Assembly (NCBI GenBank): GCA_964016885.1
Contig: OZ024743.1
Coordinates: 143,778,001-143,842,000, forward strand
From: Eledone cirrhosa
Taxonomy: Eukaryota
Length of the DNA stretch: 64,000 nt
Reading direction: 5' to 3'
Of the stretch, positions 49,491 to 62,329 are shown piece after piece. The translations under genes were made by a program, and so were the position numbers. Numbering within the stretch: the stretch's first letter is position 1; each line of letters starts with the position of its first letter. Below the pieces are notes generated by a model. It did not search any database. It was not told where the DNA came from and saw nothing but the letters and a program-made list of their open reading frames with translations.

Positions 49491-51054
49491 ACTATACTTG
49501 AAAAATAATATGGATTGGTGCCAGGAAGGACATTTGACCATAGAATAATTGACTAAAAAAACCTTGTCCAACCCATGCTAGCATGAAAAATTGAATGTAA
49601 AAACAATGATGATGAATTTATCCAATATCAGGATTATGAATACTTAATTAACTTTGTCAAATAGGACTTAGTTGAAAAATCTAGTTAAATTTTAAAACTC
49701 CTCTCCAAGCAAGTTTTTATTTTCAACACTTCATAAAGAATTTCTATAAATTAGTGTAACTCATGGCAGTTATTTGCCCATGTTTATTGTCTACTTAGAT
49801 CACAATACTTTACTGTATACAGCTTAACATACATTGCACCTTGTCTGTGTTTATTGTTCATATAGCTAACCATATATTGCTGTATTGTTTTTCATAGATA
49901 GCTACTTGTCTTTTTTATTGTCTACATAACTCACCATATATTGTCATGTATAGATTACCATATAATATTATGTGACATTGCTCCTTTATGATTATTGCCT
50001 ACATAGTTCAGCATACATTACAGGCAGTGACTTGGTAGGATCATTAGAACCAAGGACAGAATGCCTTGCAGTATTTGTTGTTCTGATTTTCTACACTCTG
50101 AGTTCAAAATCACTTCCCCTCCTCTGAGATCAACTTTGCCTTTTATCCTATTGGAGTTGATAAAATAGTGTACAGTCCAAAATGGTGAATTTGCAGGACT
50201 GTTAGAGTGTCCGATGATATGCCTTGTGATGTTTGTCCAGGCTCTTTATGTTCTGTGTTCAAATCTTGTGGTCTCTAAAGGTGTAGACTTAATCCATTTC
50301 CTAGTTTAACACCACCACTTGATCTTTGGGTGCCTTTAGTAGAGTCCACTCTATTGCAAGCATTCAGACCATGTCTCTGGTTTGAGGATACCTCCCTCCT
50401 TCTCTTCCAGTCTTAGAGTTTCTGAAAACGTTCATGAACACAGCTTTTCCCTCTCAAACTGATCAATGACAAAAAAATATCGATAGAAAAATATTACTGT
50501 GACATTGCAAGGCTGTCCATATTTCACCCTCAGCAATGTGTGATATTGCCTAGTTCACCACACAGCAATGTATGATACTGAGAGATATCATACCCTGTCC
50601 GTAGTTCACTACATAGCAAGGAGTAATTTTGTTTAAATAGTTTACAATGTCTGTAATTCTCCACACATTTCTTTGTGATGTTGTTAATCAGCTTACCCAT
50701 CCCATAATTAACTATGCAGCAATGTGTAATTCCGCCAGATAGCTTTCTGTTTATGCATAATGCATAAAACTGGAAAGGACAGACATGTTGAAAATTGCAA
50801 CTAAAAACTATAAAACTAAAATAAAATGCTTCACCACAGAGAAGGATTTAAGTAATCTATTACTTTTAAAAAAAGTTTTATTGAACTTATATCTTGTTTG
50901 GCTGGTAATTCAATATGCCTTGTAATTGTTAAAACTTTTCTTATTGATACACCTGACCTATAAATGAACTGAAGCATGATTATAAGGTTAATGTTATCTA
51001 TAGTGTATTATTAATTTATTTGCTTTTAATATAACCTTGCCAGAGGAGCGAGGG

Positions 51055-53188
51055 TGAAAGGCTACTAAATGAAGAGAATAAATGGGAGAAAGACAGTCTC
51101 CCCCATATCGACCCAATAGAGGGACCAGCAGTGTTAGTCGAGGGGAGTATAATAAGTAAGGCAATCAAGGATATGAAGACGGGTAAGGCGGATGGGCCTT
51201 CGGAAATAGTTGCTGAGATGCTGAAGGCATCTGGCACGGTGGGACACACCATGGTCACCCGCATAGTTAACCAAGTCGTACAGAATGGGGTTGTTCCAAA
51301 GGACTGGCATAGCAGCATCATCGTTAACTGTTATAAGGGTAAAGGAGACGCCCTAGATAGGAGTAACTATAGAGGCATTAAATTAATCGACCAGGTCATG
51401 AAGGTCACGGAAAAAGTAATAGCGCAACTAATCAGAGAGAGAATTGACCTAGAGGAAATGCAGTTCGGGTTTGTGTCAGGCAAAAGTACCACAGACGCTC
51501 TTTTCATTGTACGACAACTACAGGAGAAGTACCTAGCTAAAGGTAAACCCCTCTACTTAGCTTTTGTCGACTTGGAGAAAGCCTTCGACAGAGTCCCCCG
51601 CTCCATTATCTGGTGGGCTCTTAGAAAACTAGGCGTTGACGAATGGCTTGTGAGGGCTATACAAGCCATGTATAAAGAAACAGTCAGCAAGGTTAGAATT
51701 AACAACGAATATAGTGAAGAGTTTAGCGTAAAAGTTGGCGTCCATCAGGGCTCTGTTCTCAGCCCCCTACTATTTATTATTGCCCTTCAGGCTATAACAG
51801 AGGAGTTCAAGACCGGCTGCCCATGGGAACTCCTATACGCAGACGACCTGACACTCATAGCGGAATCAATGGCCGAGCTAGAGAAGAAATTCCAAACATG
51901 GAAGCATGGCCTAGAATCAAAAGGACTTAAAATTAACCTGGCTAAGACTAAAGTTCTAGTTTGTAGGAAAGAAAATAAGGCGGCGGTCCCTTCTGGGAAA
52001 TGGTCGTGCTCGGTGTGTAGGAAAGGCGTAGGTAGAAACTCCATTTTATGTCCTAAATGCAAAGTATGGGTGCATAAAAGATGTAGTGGGATCACAGGTA
52101 AGCTAACTAAGAACATAGATTTTACATGTGGCCGGTGCTCTGGTGCAATAAGTAGCAGCAAGTGCCCACACAATACTAGCTCTTTCAATTGCGCAGAGGG
52201 TTCTATAGAAATAGTGGACAGCTTCCGTTACCTGGGCGATAAAATCAGCAGTGGGGGAGGGTGCTCTGAAAGTACAGTAGCTAGAGTCAGAACTGGTTGG
52301 AAAAAGTTCAGAGAGCTTATACCACTATTAGCTGCTAAAGGGTTCTCCCTAAAAATGAAAGGCAGGTTGTACGATGCCTGCATACGAACAGCAATGTTGC
52401 ATGGCAGTGAGACCTGGGCATTGTGTGCAGAGGATATACGCAGACTAGAGAGGAACGAAGCTTGCATGCTCCGCTGGATGTGTAATAGTAATATACGTGA
52501 ACGGCAAAGCATAAACGAACTAAGGAAAAAATTAGAAATAAGAGGGATCAGATGTTGTTTACTCGAGAGAAGGCTACGTTGGTATGGACACGTGATGCGC
52601 ATGAAAGTCGATAGCTGTATAACAAAGTGCAGGGAAATAAAGATAGACGGTAGCCACGGAATAGGCAGACCTAGAAAAACCTGGGACGAGCTGATAAACT
52701 CCGACCTCACACACTTACACCTCTCCAAGACAATGTCACTGGACCGAGACCTTTGGCGGTACTCAGTAACAGAGAAGACCCGCCTTACCTAAATACATAG
52801 CAAAACCTACTACAGCCAGTAGGCATCTCTAACAAAATACACCCCGTCCCACCACCCCCACCCCCACACCACCCCGTTCTATGTAAAGTTATGTTGGTGC
52901 CGCGCCATCCAGGCTGAAACAAATGAGATCGTGTAGGTGTCACGACAAAAAAACACACAGTCCACGCTGTAATGTGGCCGTGTAGGCAACACGGTAAAAA
53001 CCTCCCAGACCCACACTGTAAATGTGGTTGGTGTTAGGAAGGGCATCCAGCTGTAGAAAACCTGCCAGACAGTCCTATGCGAGCAAGACAATCACTCTTG
53101 CCTCAAGTGGGACTACCCCCGTCCAAACCCATGCAAGCGTGGAACACGGACGTTAAACGTTGATGATGATGATGATGATGATGATGAT
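51055..53188 (+). mobile_element. 5'-truncated RTE LINE family A, open RT frame to 52792
   Basis: Nearly identical to 19056-21190. Confidence 0.95.
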
Positions 53189-54767
53189 TTCAAAATAAAC
53201 AACTTTGTATTGTAGAACAAGCTGGAGAGGAGATTGATCCCACCAGGTTTGTAAAAAAATATGCCCAATAAATGCTGTATGTCAATACAGCACCCCTATG
53301 ACTCCCTTGGGAGTTACGGGACCATGCATGCATGCACCGTAGAACAAGGGTAGTTTCAGCTAGTTTGATATCAAACGAGTTAAAATTAAGACAGCTATAA
53401 AGTTTGTCTTTAGCCTTGAGTTTTATTGGGTGAAAGCGTATCTTGATTTCAAGAGTTTACTCTAAAATGAACTTGTGATGAATTTCACTGTATTCTACTT
53501 GGATGGTATATTTAATCCTTCATCCATTTTAACACTACCACCTGCCCTTGGGTTCTTTTACTGGAGTCTACTCTGGGCAAGTATTTGGACCAGGTTTCTG
53601 GTTTGAGAATACTTTCCTTACACCATCACAGTAACCTTAGAGGCCCTGAAAAGAGTCATGTGCACTGTACTTTTAATCTGAACTAAACAATAGGGCTATC
53701 ACCTTTTATATTCCTAGATTTTTATTGGGCAAGATTCAAATTAAGAACCTTTAAGTGCAATGTAAGGATAATAAAACTTATCTATTTAACCCTTTTTCAA
53801 TGCAGTTCTGATTCTATGAAACAAAACCATTAATTTTAATGGGTTCCTATTTAAATTAAAATCTACAAACATTGTTTTATATAAGAATCACATGTTATTA
53901 ATACTATCTTAATAGTGAAATCATTATTTTTACATCCTTATTCCACCCTGGCATGTATTGGATAGACTGTCATAGTCCAAGACCATATAAGTTGGAGCAA
54001 CCTCATCTCACTCATACATTCCATATTTGGCATGTTTCCTATGGCCAGATGCCTTACAGGTTGTGCATGGTGTCTTTTACATTAAAGCAGCATTACTACA
54101 TTATAGAATAGACTGGGTGCATTTTATGGTGATACCAAAACTAACACTTTACAGGGTGTACTGGGTACATTTTATCATGCCTCCATCACAAAAAGTTCTT
54201 CATTAATTAAATGATACAAAATCTATTTCATTAGAAATATTGTCACAAAAGAGTTAATTAAAATCAAGATGTCTGGAGAAAATGTTGTATTTTATTGATG
54301 TAGCCATCCAGTATATACTAGAACTCATTATCCTCATCCAGTGTATACTAGAACTGAACATGTCTGTGAAACTTAGATTATTGATGCTGCTTTTCATTTC
54401 ATCATAAAGAATATACTAGAATTGAAGAAAACTCCACTTTAGACATCTTCTTTATATCTGTCTGGATATCTGTTTGTATGATAACATAAACTCATGTACA
54501 CACATCATGCACACATACATATAGATACACATGCACACAGATGTATATACATACACAGATGGCTATGAATGCACATACTTGCACATATATTTATACATAT
54601 ACACACATATACATGTACAAGTTGCTATGCTCACACATGCACACACATACATATCTAAACACATGTATAAACACATGCATGCATATATATGTATGTATAC
54701 ACAACTTGAACATTTAAGATGCTCCAGATATTTTCTGTCACATGGGTGTAATGAAAATACACACAAG

Positions 54768-54857
<90 letters not shown>

Positions 54858-54903
54858 TTATAGATAACGAGGAATCAGTAATGCATCAAACCACAATTTA
54901 TTA

Positions 54904-54995
54904 ACATATTACATATGTTTCTTCGTCGATCAGCTCGAGGCAGGATCTGTTACGGATCGAACCTGACTCTGCACTTGAAGGTTCCTCAGATATGT
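54904..54995 (-). ncRNA. Type I hammerhead motif with extended stem II
   Basis: acatat-CTGAGGA-[~61 nt, partly paired]-GAAA-catatg-TA-atatgt. Palindromic ACATATGT. Confidence 0.65.
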
Positions 54996-55270
54996 CTTGT
55001 GGATTCAAAGTATTCTATCGGATTCAAAACATTCTATCCGTTCCAGCCGCAGCAGCTAATATCATCCTGTTATTACGGCTTTTTCATTGGTTCAGTAGTT
55101 CAAACGTCACCGCCATCCTTTAACCACTCAAATTCAGCCACTGGCTGCAGTCATTCACACGTAACCTATCAATCACCAAATTACTACTATGTTACCACAG
55201 ATATACATATATCTACCATTACACATGTCTACACATATACAAATACACACATACATATATACATACACAT

Positions 55271-55316
55271 ATATGATGGCTGCCCCCTCGTTATCGAGTA
55301 TGGCCATTGCACAATG
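55271..55316 (-). mobile_element. Short 3'-tail remnant related to the 13845 family
   Basis: Minus strand TGGCCATACTCGATAACGAGGGGGCAGCCATCAT vs TGGCCGTACTCGAAAACGAGTTGGCAGCCACCAT. Confidence 0.6.
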
Positions 55317-55350
55317 AAAAAAAATAAAAAAATAAATAAAATAAAAAAAA

Positions 55351-55385
<35 letters not shown>

Positions 55386-55390
55386 AAAAA

Positions 55391-55435
<45 letters not shown>

Positions 55436-55748
55436 AAAAAAAAAAAAAAAAAAAAAAAGGGAAAAGATATATATATATATATACACACATATATACACAC
55501 ATATATACACACATACATATATACACATATATATATCTATATATATATAAATTACACAATAATCAAAGCTATGTTCAAATCATTTTATTGCTGACAATCG
55601 TTTCTACCAAACTTTCGTATAGTTGTATATAGTGTATTCATAACTATAAATAATATTATAGCTTTCACCGTATTTTTGAAATATGGTGAAAGCTATTCTA
55701 TTTTCTAATTTCAGACCTGCTCACTGTTTCAAAACATACTTACTTATA

Positions 55749-55785
<37 letters not shown>

Positions 55786-55788
<3 letters not shown>

Positions 55789-56099
55789 CACATGGCTTAG
55801 TGGTTAGAGCATTGGCCTTGCAATCGAAAGGTTGTGGGTGATGTGTTGTTTCCTTGAGCAAGACACTTTATTTCACATTGCTCCAGTTTACTCAGCTGTA
55901 GAAATGAGATGATAGGGACTGGGGTCCTTATCATTCCACTGCAAAGTGGCGTGGAGGTGCCACGGCAAAAAAAGCACCCAGCACTCACTGTAAATGAGGC
56001 TGGTGTTAGGAAGGGCATCCAGCTGTAGAAATCAAGCCAGAATCAGTTCCCGTCCCACCCTTGCAAGCAGGGAAAAGCTCACGTATAATGAAATAATGA
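55786..56099 (+). mobile_element. tRNA-derived SINE (same family as 39336-39676; B-box region deleted)
   Basis: Sequence match. Confidence 0.88.
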
Positions 56100-56117
56100 A
56101 ATATATAAATTTATATT

Positions 56118-56210
56118 CCGGCTCTGTAAAACATCTAATGTATTTACATTGAGCTATTTTTCTTACTGGTTATAAGGTGGTAATGAATTACTGACCTTTC
56201 CTGTTTATAA
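56118..56210 (+). mobile_element. Solo structured tail related to 13345-13440
   Basis: GCTCTGTAAA...TTTACATTGAGCTA...CTTACTGGTTATAAGGTGGTAAT. Confidence 0.7.
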
Positions 56211-56243
56211 TTATATATAGTGTATATATAAGTATAAATAATA

Positions 56244-56370
56244 TTTACGATCTGAGTTCAAATCCCGCCGAGGTTGACTTTGCCTTTCATCCTTACGGGG
56301 TCGATAAAATAAAGTCTCAGTAATGCAGTAATTGCTGGCCTTGTGCCAAAAAGTTGAAACAATTATTATT
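56244..56370 (+). mobile_element. 5'-truncated OK-type SINE
   Basis: Matches 27447-27577. Confidence 0.8.
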
Positions 56371-56371
56371 T

Positions 56372-56430
<59 letters not shown>

Positions 56431-56432
<2 letters not shown>

Positions 56433-56617
56433 CGAAGGAAATGTGGTAAGGAACCAGGTGGACCATAACGCACCAAAGTACTCAATACTTGAGGTAGTAT
56501 ATAGGAACCAGTAAGACCCCGACAGCTGAGCTCAAGCCGTTTCGACGGCTAATTCTGGACCAGAATTAGCCGTCGAAACGGCTTGAGCTCAGCTGTCGGG
56601 GTCTTACTGGTTCCTAT
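56431..56617 (-). mobile_element. Second copy of palindromic fold-back element 11413-11607
   Basis: Identical palindrome centred at 56559, tail on the left. Confidence 0.85.
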
Positions 56618-56700
56618 ATATATATATATATATATACACACACCCACGTATATCTATACGCACATGCCTACATATACATACACACACACACACACACATA

Positions 56701-56734
<34 letters not shown>

Positions 56735-56920
56735 CATACATACACACACACACACACATATATGTGTATGTATTTATACACATTTACTCGTGCATACATA
56801 CACATGCACATATACACATATATATATAAATATATATAGACTTACATATATATATATATATATACACATATATATATACACACACACACACACACCTATA
56901 TGCATACACACCCGTATATA

Positions 56921-56972
<52 letters not shown>

Positions 56973-57410
56973 TACATACGTAGTCTCCCGTCTCTCTGAG
57001 TATAATGTGGGTACCACAGATATTCAAAACATAGGATGAAATTGAGTAGAGTGAAATAAAGTAAAATAAGATAAAGTAAAATAAAAAATAAAATAGAATA
57101 CAGTATATGCAATGATGTGATGTCACATTCTAAATAAAATACAATATATGCAGTGGTATGATGTCACATTCTATATATTTGTGTCGATCCCCTTATTCGG
57201 GTACGTACCTACACGGGGCTCAAGTTAAACCTATCCGGGAATTCCAATGCAGAAAATGTGCAGTTCCGTTGATGCCTGCATGCCATGATGACCTCGGATT
57301 TCAGGTTGACTGAGTTACCCTTTAATTTTACTATCCCATGGCTTCAGTCAGGCACAGTCTGCATTGCTTTTCACCAGCAGAGTATGGATCTGCACGTGTA
57401 TATATATATA

Positions 57411-57545
57411 TAATTGTTTCTACTTTTGGCACAAGGCCAGCAATTATCCCAGTACATTACTGGTACTTTATTTTATCGACCCCGTAAGGATGAAAGGCAA
57501 AGTTAACCTCGGCGGGATTTGAACTCAGATCGTAAAGGGACGTAA
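57411..57545 (-). mobile_element. 5'-truncated OK-type SINE
   Basis: Reverse complement of 27440-27573. Confidence 0.8.
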
Positions 57546-57650
57546 CTATATATATATATAATGTCCCACCTTTACAAGTAAGGAAAAGTGGACGTAAAAT
57601 GACGATGGTGGAAATGAACTGATGATGATGATGATATTTATATATATGTA

Positions 57651-57858
57651 TCATCATCATCGTTTAACGTCCATCTTTCATGCTAGCATGGATTGGACGG
57701 ATTTGTCCCACTTGAGGCAATATTGGTCAGGTGACCGTGTGTTGCTCGTATAGAACTGTTTCTGGCAGGTTTTCTGTGGCTGGATGCCTTTCCTAATGCC
57801 AACCACATATACAGTGTGGACTGGGAGCCTTTTTACCCTGTTTCTTACATGACCACTT
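57651..57858 (-). mobile_element. RTE-A 3' UTR-like or SINE fragment
   Basis: Reverse complement of a 42335-42548-like sequence. Confidence 0.75.
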
Positions 57859-57879
57859 TATATATATATATATATATAT

Positions 57880-59832
57880 GTTTTCTCTTTCTCTTAATTT
57901 CGAGTATATTTTTTTGACCGGCCACCTTCCTGGTGGCAAGGTTGTAAAAGAAAAGAAATTGTCATCCCTTGAATCGCAAGAATGTTTTGCATATTTTGAA
58001 GGTGCCAGCTATCGCAGCCATTTGTAGACTATGAATTAGGGAGCTGCGCTTTTTGTCCGCAAATCCAAGTTCGGTCATACTTTGGTCCAAGCGGGTTGGT
58101 ATATAACCCGTAGCACCAATAATGATGGGTATGAAGCTAAAGGTGTATCTTGGATACTGGATTTGTAAGCTCCTCATCAATGGTCCGTAGATGTCCTCCT
58201 TCTCCTGTATTTTTCTGACAACGTTTACATCAAGTGGGCAGCTGATCTCCACAACAGAACACGTTTTCAATGTGTGGTCCCAAACTACAATATCAGGCCG
58301 GTTGTGCTTTAATTTGGTGGCAGTTTTTATTTTCAGGTTCCACCAGTATTCCTTAGTGCCATCTGTCTCAATATATTCTTCCTCGTTTGTTGTTAATTTT
58401 GTTTTCCGAAGTGCGTTCCAGATAGTTCTAGCTATCCCATCGTGTCTCATGGGGAGGTAGTAGCGAGATGACATTCTTTCGCAGCTGGCAACAATGTGGC
58501 TTACATCCTCGATCTTTGTTTTACATAGCCTACATTTATTGTCAGCTGCTGGCCCTCCTCTTTTGTGCAGCAGATATTTGGTAGGGAGTTCTTGTTCCTG
58601 TATTGCATAGAGATATCCCTCAAGGTGTGATGTCATAAACTTGTCGGAACTCCATGCCAGGCTTTTTGAGTGGTTTATCCCCTCTATGGTCTGTGTTTTA
58701 CGCCTCAAGTATCCATGCACAACTTTCTCTGTAAATTGGTCAATTTTTTTTTCTTGTTTGAACATTGAATAGGATCTTCCGATTTCTCTGGGTGAGAGAT
58801 TTATATCAGGCTTTATTCCATATCTCTCCTCCAGATCAGTCGCTATTCTAATGATATTTCTTTTTTCATGCTCATAAACCTGAGCAAGATGGTCGCCAAC
58901 CTTTTTCCTCTGTTGAAGGTGTTGCTTCAGTGTTACTATCCGGGTCTCATATGTTGTTAATATTGATTTTAGACCCCGGCCACCTTCCTTGCGTGAGAAG
59001 TATAGCCTATCCACATCACCATTGATGTTAAAGTTCCCAGTAACACTGAGAAGTTTTCGAGTTCTAACATCCATCTCACTTAGTTCTTGCAATGACCAGT
59101 TCAGTAGGCCAAATGTTGGTGTTAGAATTGGCACAGCATAGGTATTGTGGGCAATGTATTTGTTGTATGCTGACAGTTCTGATGACCATATTTTTTTTAC
59201 TCTTCTGAGGTATTCAGTTCTGGTTCTCTCCTTATTTATGGGTCCATCATATCTGACATTCTCATCCTGTCCAAGATATCTGTAGTTGTCACCTGACTGC
59301 AGAGGTTGTATTGTCAGGCCGTTCATCTCTAGATTTCTAGAGGAGGGCACAGCTCTTCCACGTTTTACTGCCAAATATGCACACTTGGACTCACCAAATT
59401 TCATTTTGATGTCGGTTGAAAATTGTGTAATGAGGTCCAATTGTTTCTTGATGTCATTGATATTTGGCCCATACAACTTCAGGTCATCAACAAAGAAAAG
59501 ATGGGAGATACTTCTGGGCCCACTTCTTTGTCCACCTTGTTTCCTGAGTAGGTAAGATAGTGGATTCAGTGAGAGAACGAAGAGTAGTACTGACAAGCTA
59601 TCACCCTGAAAGATGCCCTTCTGGTAATGTATCCTATCAGTCTTAACCTGCTCCTTCTCACCTCTAAGGATCAAATTGGTGTACCAGTTCTTGGTCAGGC
59701 GTTCAACAGCAGCTACTAATGGTTGTGGGACTTTAGCTAACTGTAAAGCCTTAATAATCCACCCATGAGGTACACTATCAAATGCTTTTTGATAGTCCAG
59801 CCACACGACAGTCATGTTTCTGCGATTCTTTG
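57880..59832 (-). mobile_element. 5'-truncated R4/Dong-like non-LTR retrotransposon
   Basis: RT + CCHC + restriction-like endonuclease. An ~80-bp 3' UTR abuts (TA)n. Confidence 0.9.
57962..59830 (-). CDS. RT, zinc knuckle and RLE endonuclease (uninterrupted C-terminal ~620 aa)
   Basis: [63 protein letters not shown]...VEISCP. Confidence 0.92.
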   Translation of the reverse strand, partial: KNRRNMTVVWLDYQKAFDSVPHGWIIKALQLAKVPQPLVAAVERLTKNWYTNLILRGEKEQVKTDRIHYQKGIFQGDSLSVLLFVLSLNPLSYLLRKQGGQRSGPRSISHLFFVDDLKLYGPNINDIKKQLDLITQFSTDIKMKFGESKCAYLAVKRGRAVPSSRNLEMNGLTIQPLQSGDNYRYLGQDENVRYDGPINKERTRTEYLRRVKKIWSSELSAYNKYIAHNTYAVPILTPTFGLLNWSLQELSEMDVRTRKLLSVTGNFNINGDVDRLYFSRKEGGRGLKSILTTYETRIVTLKQHLQQRKKVGDHLAQVYEHEKRNIIRIATDLEERYGIKPDINLSPREIGRSYSMFKQEKKIDQFTEKVVHGYLRRKTQTIEGINHSKSLAWSSDKFMTSHLEGYLYAIQEQELPTKYLLHKRGGPAADNKCRLCKTKIEDVSHIVASCERMSSRYYLPMRHDGIARTIWNALRKTKLTTNEEEYIETDGTKEYWWNLKIKTATKLKHNRPDIVVWDHTLKTCSVVEISCPLDVNVVRKIQEKEDIYGPLMRSLQIQYPRYTFSFIPIIIGATGYIPTRLDQSMTELGFADKKRSSLIHSLQMAAIAGTFKICKTFLRFKG

Positions 59833-59875
59833 TTTTTTTTTTTTTGTTTTTTTTTGTTTTTTCCTGAATCATTTT

Positions 59876-59876
59876 G

Positions 59877-59908
<32 letters not shown>

Positions 59909-60707
59909 TGTATATATATATGTATGTATATATATGTGTATGTATGTATATATATATGTATGTATATATATATATATGTATGTATATATATGTGTATGTA
60001 TGTATATATATATGTATGTATATATATATGTATGTATGTATATATATATATGTATGTATATATATATGTATGTATGTATATATATATATGTATGTATATA
60101 TATATGTATGTATATATATATGTATGTATATATATATGTATGTATATATGTATGTATATATATATGTATGTATATATATATGTATATATATATGTATGTA
60201 TATATATATATGTATGTATGTATATATATATGTATGTATGTATATATATATGTATGTATGTATATATGTATGTATATATGTATGTATATATGTATGTATA
60301 TATATATGTATGTATATATATATGTATGTATATATATATATGTATGTATATATATATGTATGTATATATATATGTATGTATATATATATGTATGTATGTA
60401 TATATATATGTATGCATATATATATGTATGTATATATATATATACGTATGGCTGGACTAAAAAGTCACACTCGTTCAGCGCATCAGTAGGGGTTCTCCTA
60501 CATGGATATAAAGTAGTGGCCGTACTCGAAAACGAGTTGGCAGCCACCATGTATATATATATATACATATGTATATATATATATATGTATGTATATATAT
60601 ATATATGTATGTATATATATATATATGTATGTATATATATATACGTATGTATATATATATATGTATGTATATATATATATATGTATGTATATATATATAT
60701 ATGTATG

Positions 60708-60742
<35 letters not shown>

Positions 60743-60805
60743 GTATGTATATATGTATATATGTATGTATATATATATATATGTGTATATATGTATATAT
60801 GTATG

Positions 60806-60842
<37 letters not shown>

Positions 60843-60972
60843 GTATGTATATGTATATATGTATGTATATGTATATATATATGTATATATATATGTATAT
60901 ATATATATATATGTATGTATATGTATATATGTATGTATATGTATATATATATGTATATATATATGTATGTAT

Positions 60973-61013
<41 letters not shown>

Positions 61014-61045
61014 TATGTATGTATAGATATATATATATGTATGTA
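59876..61045. repeat. (TATG)n/(TA)n microsatellite interrupted by a 3' fragment (60448-60550) of the 13845 family
   Basis: Direct reading. Confidence 0.95.
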
Positions 61046-61452
61046 GAGATGACCCCTTAGCCTTTGTCAAGGCAGAATTCTAGGAGAAGGAAAACTCTGA
61101 TATAACACCTGCAACGCTGATGGTATCCAATGATGTTGACTTGTTTTTCTTTTTGTTAAATATCATCTTGGTTAAGAGAGTGGGACTGGCTTTGTGCAGT
61201 GCCTTTGCTTACTATAAAAGCTTCACGGCACAGGCATTGCTTTATATCTGGAGATCTCTCTGCACTTGTCATCACATGGTCCCATGGGCTCAGCACTATG
61301 TGTCAATAATTGTCACAGGTGTAGGGTTTGTACCAGAGTTTTCAAGTCGCTGGCTGGACTAGAAAGTCACACTCGTTCAGCGCATCGGTAGGGGTTCTCC
61401 TACATGGATATAAGGTAGTGGCCGTACTCGAAAACGAGTTGGCAGCTACCAC
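61046..61452 (+). mobile_element. Second full copy of the RTE-derived bipartite element
   Basis: Highly similar to 13845-14253. Confidence 0.8.
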
Positions 61453-61640
61453 ATATATATATATATGTATGTATATATGTATATATATATATATATATAT
61501 TAAAGAGTTAAACAAGATTCAATGAGTACATCAAAGAATTAGTTTTACAGTAGATTGGAAGCACTCTACAGTTGATATTTTCCAGAGTTATTAATTTTAA
61601 TTCAAATATTAACAAAATAGATATTCTTGTGATCAATTAA

Positions 61641-62328
61641 ATTTTATTATACATATAATATTATACATATAACATTATACATTCAGAGGTACTGAATCAA
61701 GTTCAACAGTACGTCCTCATCAGATAAAATAAAATGATACATGACATACCCTGACATGTTAGATGATACATGTTAGATGATACATGACATGTTAGATGAT
61801 ACATGACATACCCTGACATGTTAGATATTATAAAATTAATACAAATAAGCATCAACTTTTAAAACCTAACATTTTGATTCTTTACCCTAAAATAACATAA
61901 ATTAAATATTTTGAAATTTAACCGCCAAAGCTATATATGTTTATGTGTGTCTAAAAAAATTTGAGCATAAATTACACCCCTTTGTCTCTTCCTGTATTTA
62001 ATTATCTGTCAGTTGTCTTCTCAAGCTAAATACTAAATAAATTATAACTCCAGATATGTCTTCCTCTATAGTTCTATAGTAGTATTTCAAATTTTAAAAA
62101 CTCTATAACTGTTGCATTAAGGCAATATTTTTCTTACTCACACTCTCTCTATTGATTCTATTACGTTTTCGTATGTTCTCAATATTAGGGTATAAATATT
62201 GAGTTTTCTCATAAGTTAATCACTACCTTGATTAAATCTTAACCATCTAACATATCAGGGTATGTCATGTATCATTTTATTTTATCTGATGGGGACGTAC
62301 TGTTGAACTTGATTCAGTACCTCTGAAA
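61641..62328. mobile_element. Fold-back element (arms 61682-61764 / 62245-62327) with HHR-like motifs; right arm cut off by an RTE
   Basis: ttttat-CTGATG(A/G)-gga-c-gtactg...cagtac-c-tct-GAA(A/T) in both arms. Confidence 0.65.
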
Positions 62329-62329
62329 T

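Noticed and set aside
55590-55720. Additional minus-strand HHR (GAAACGATTGTC, internal hairpin)
   Set aside because: No proper CTGANGA core or matching stem I was found.
59833-60568. N-terminal part of the 868-aa ORF
   Set aside because: Microsatellite and the antisense of a short retroelement fragment fused to the truncated R4/Dong ORF.
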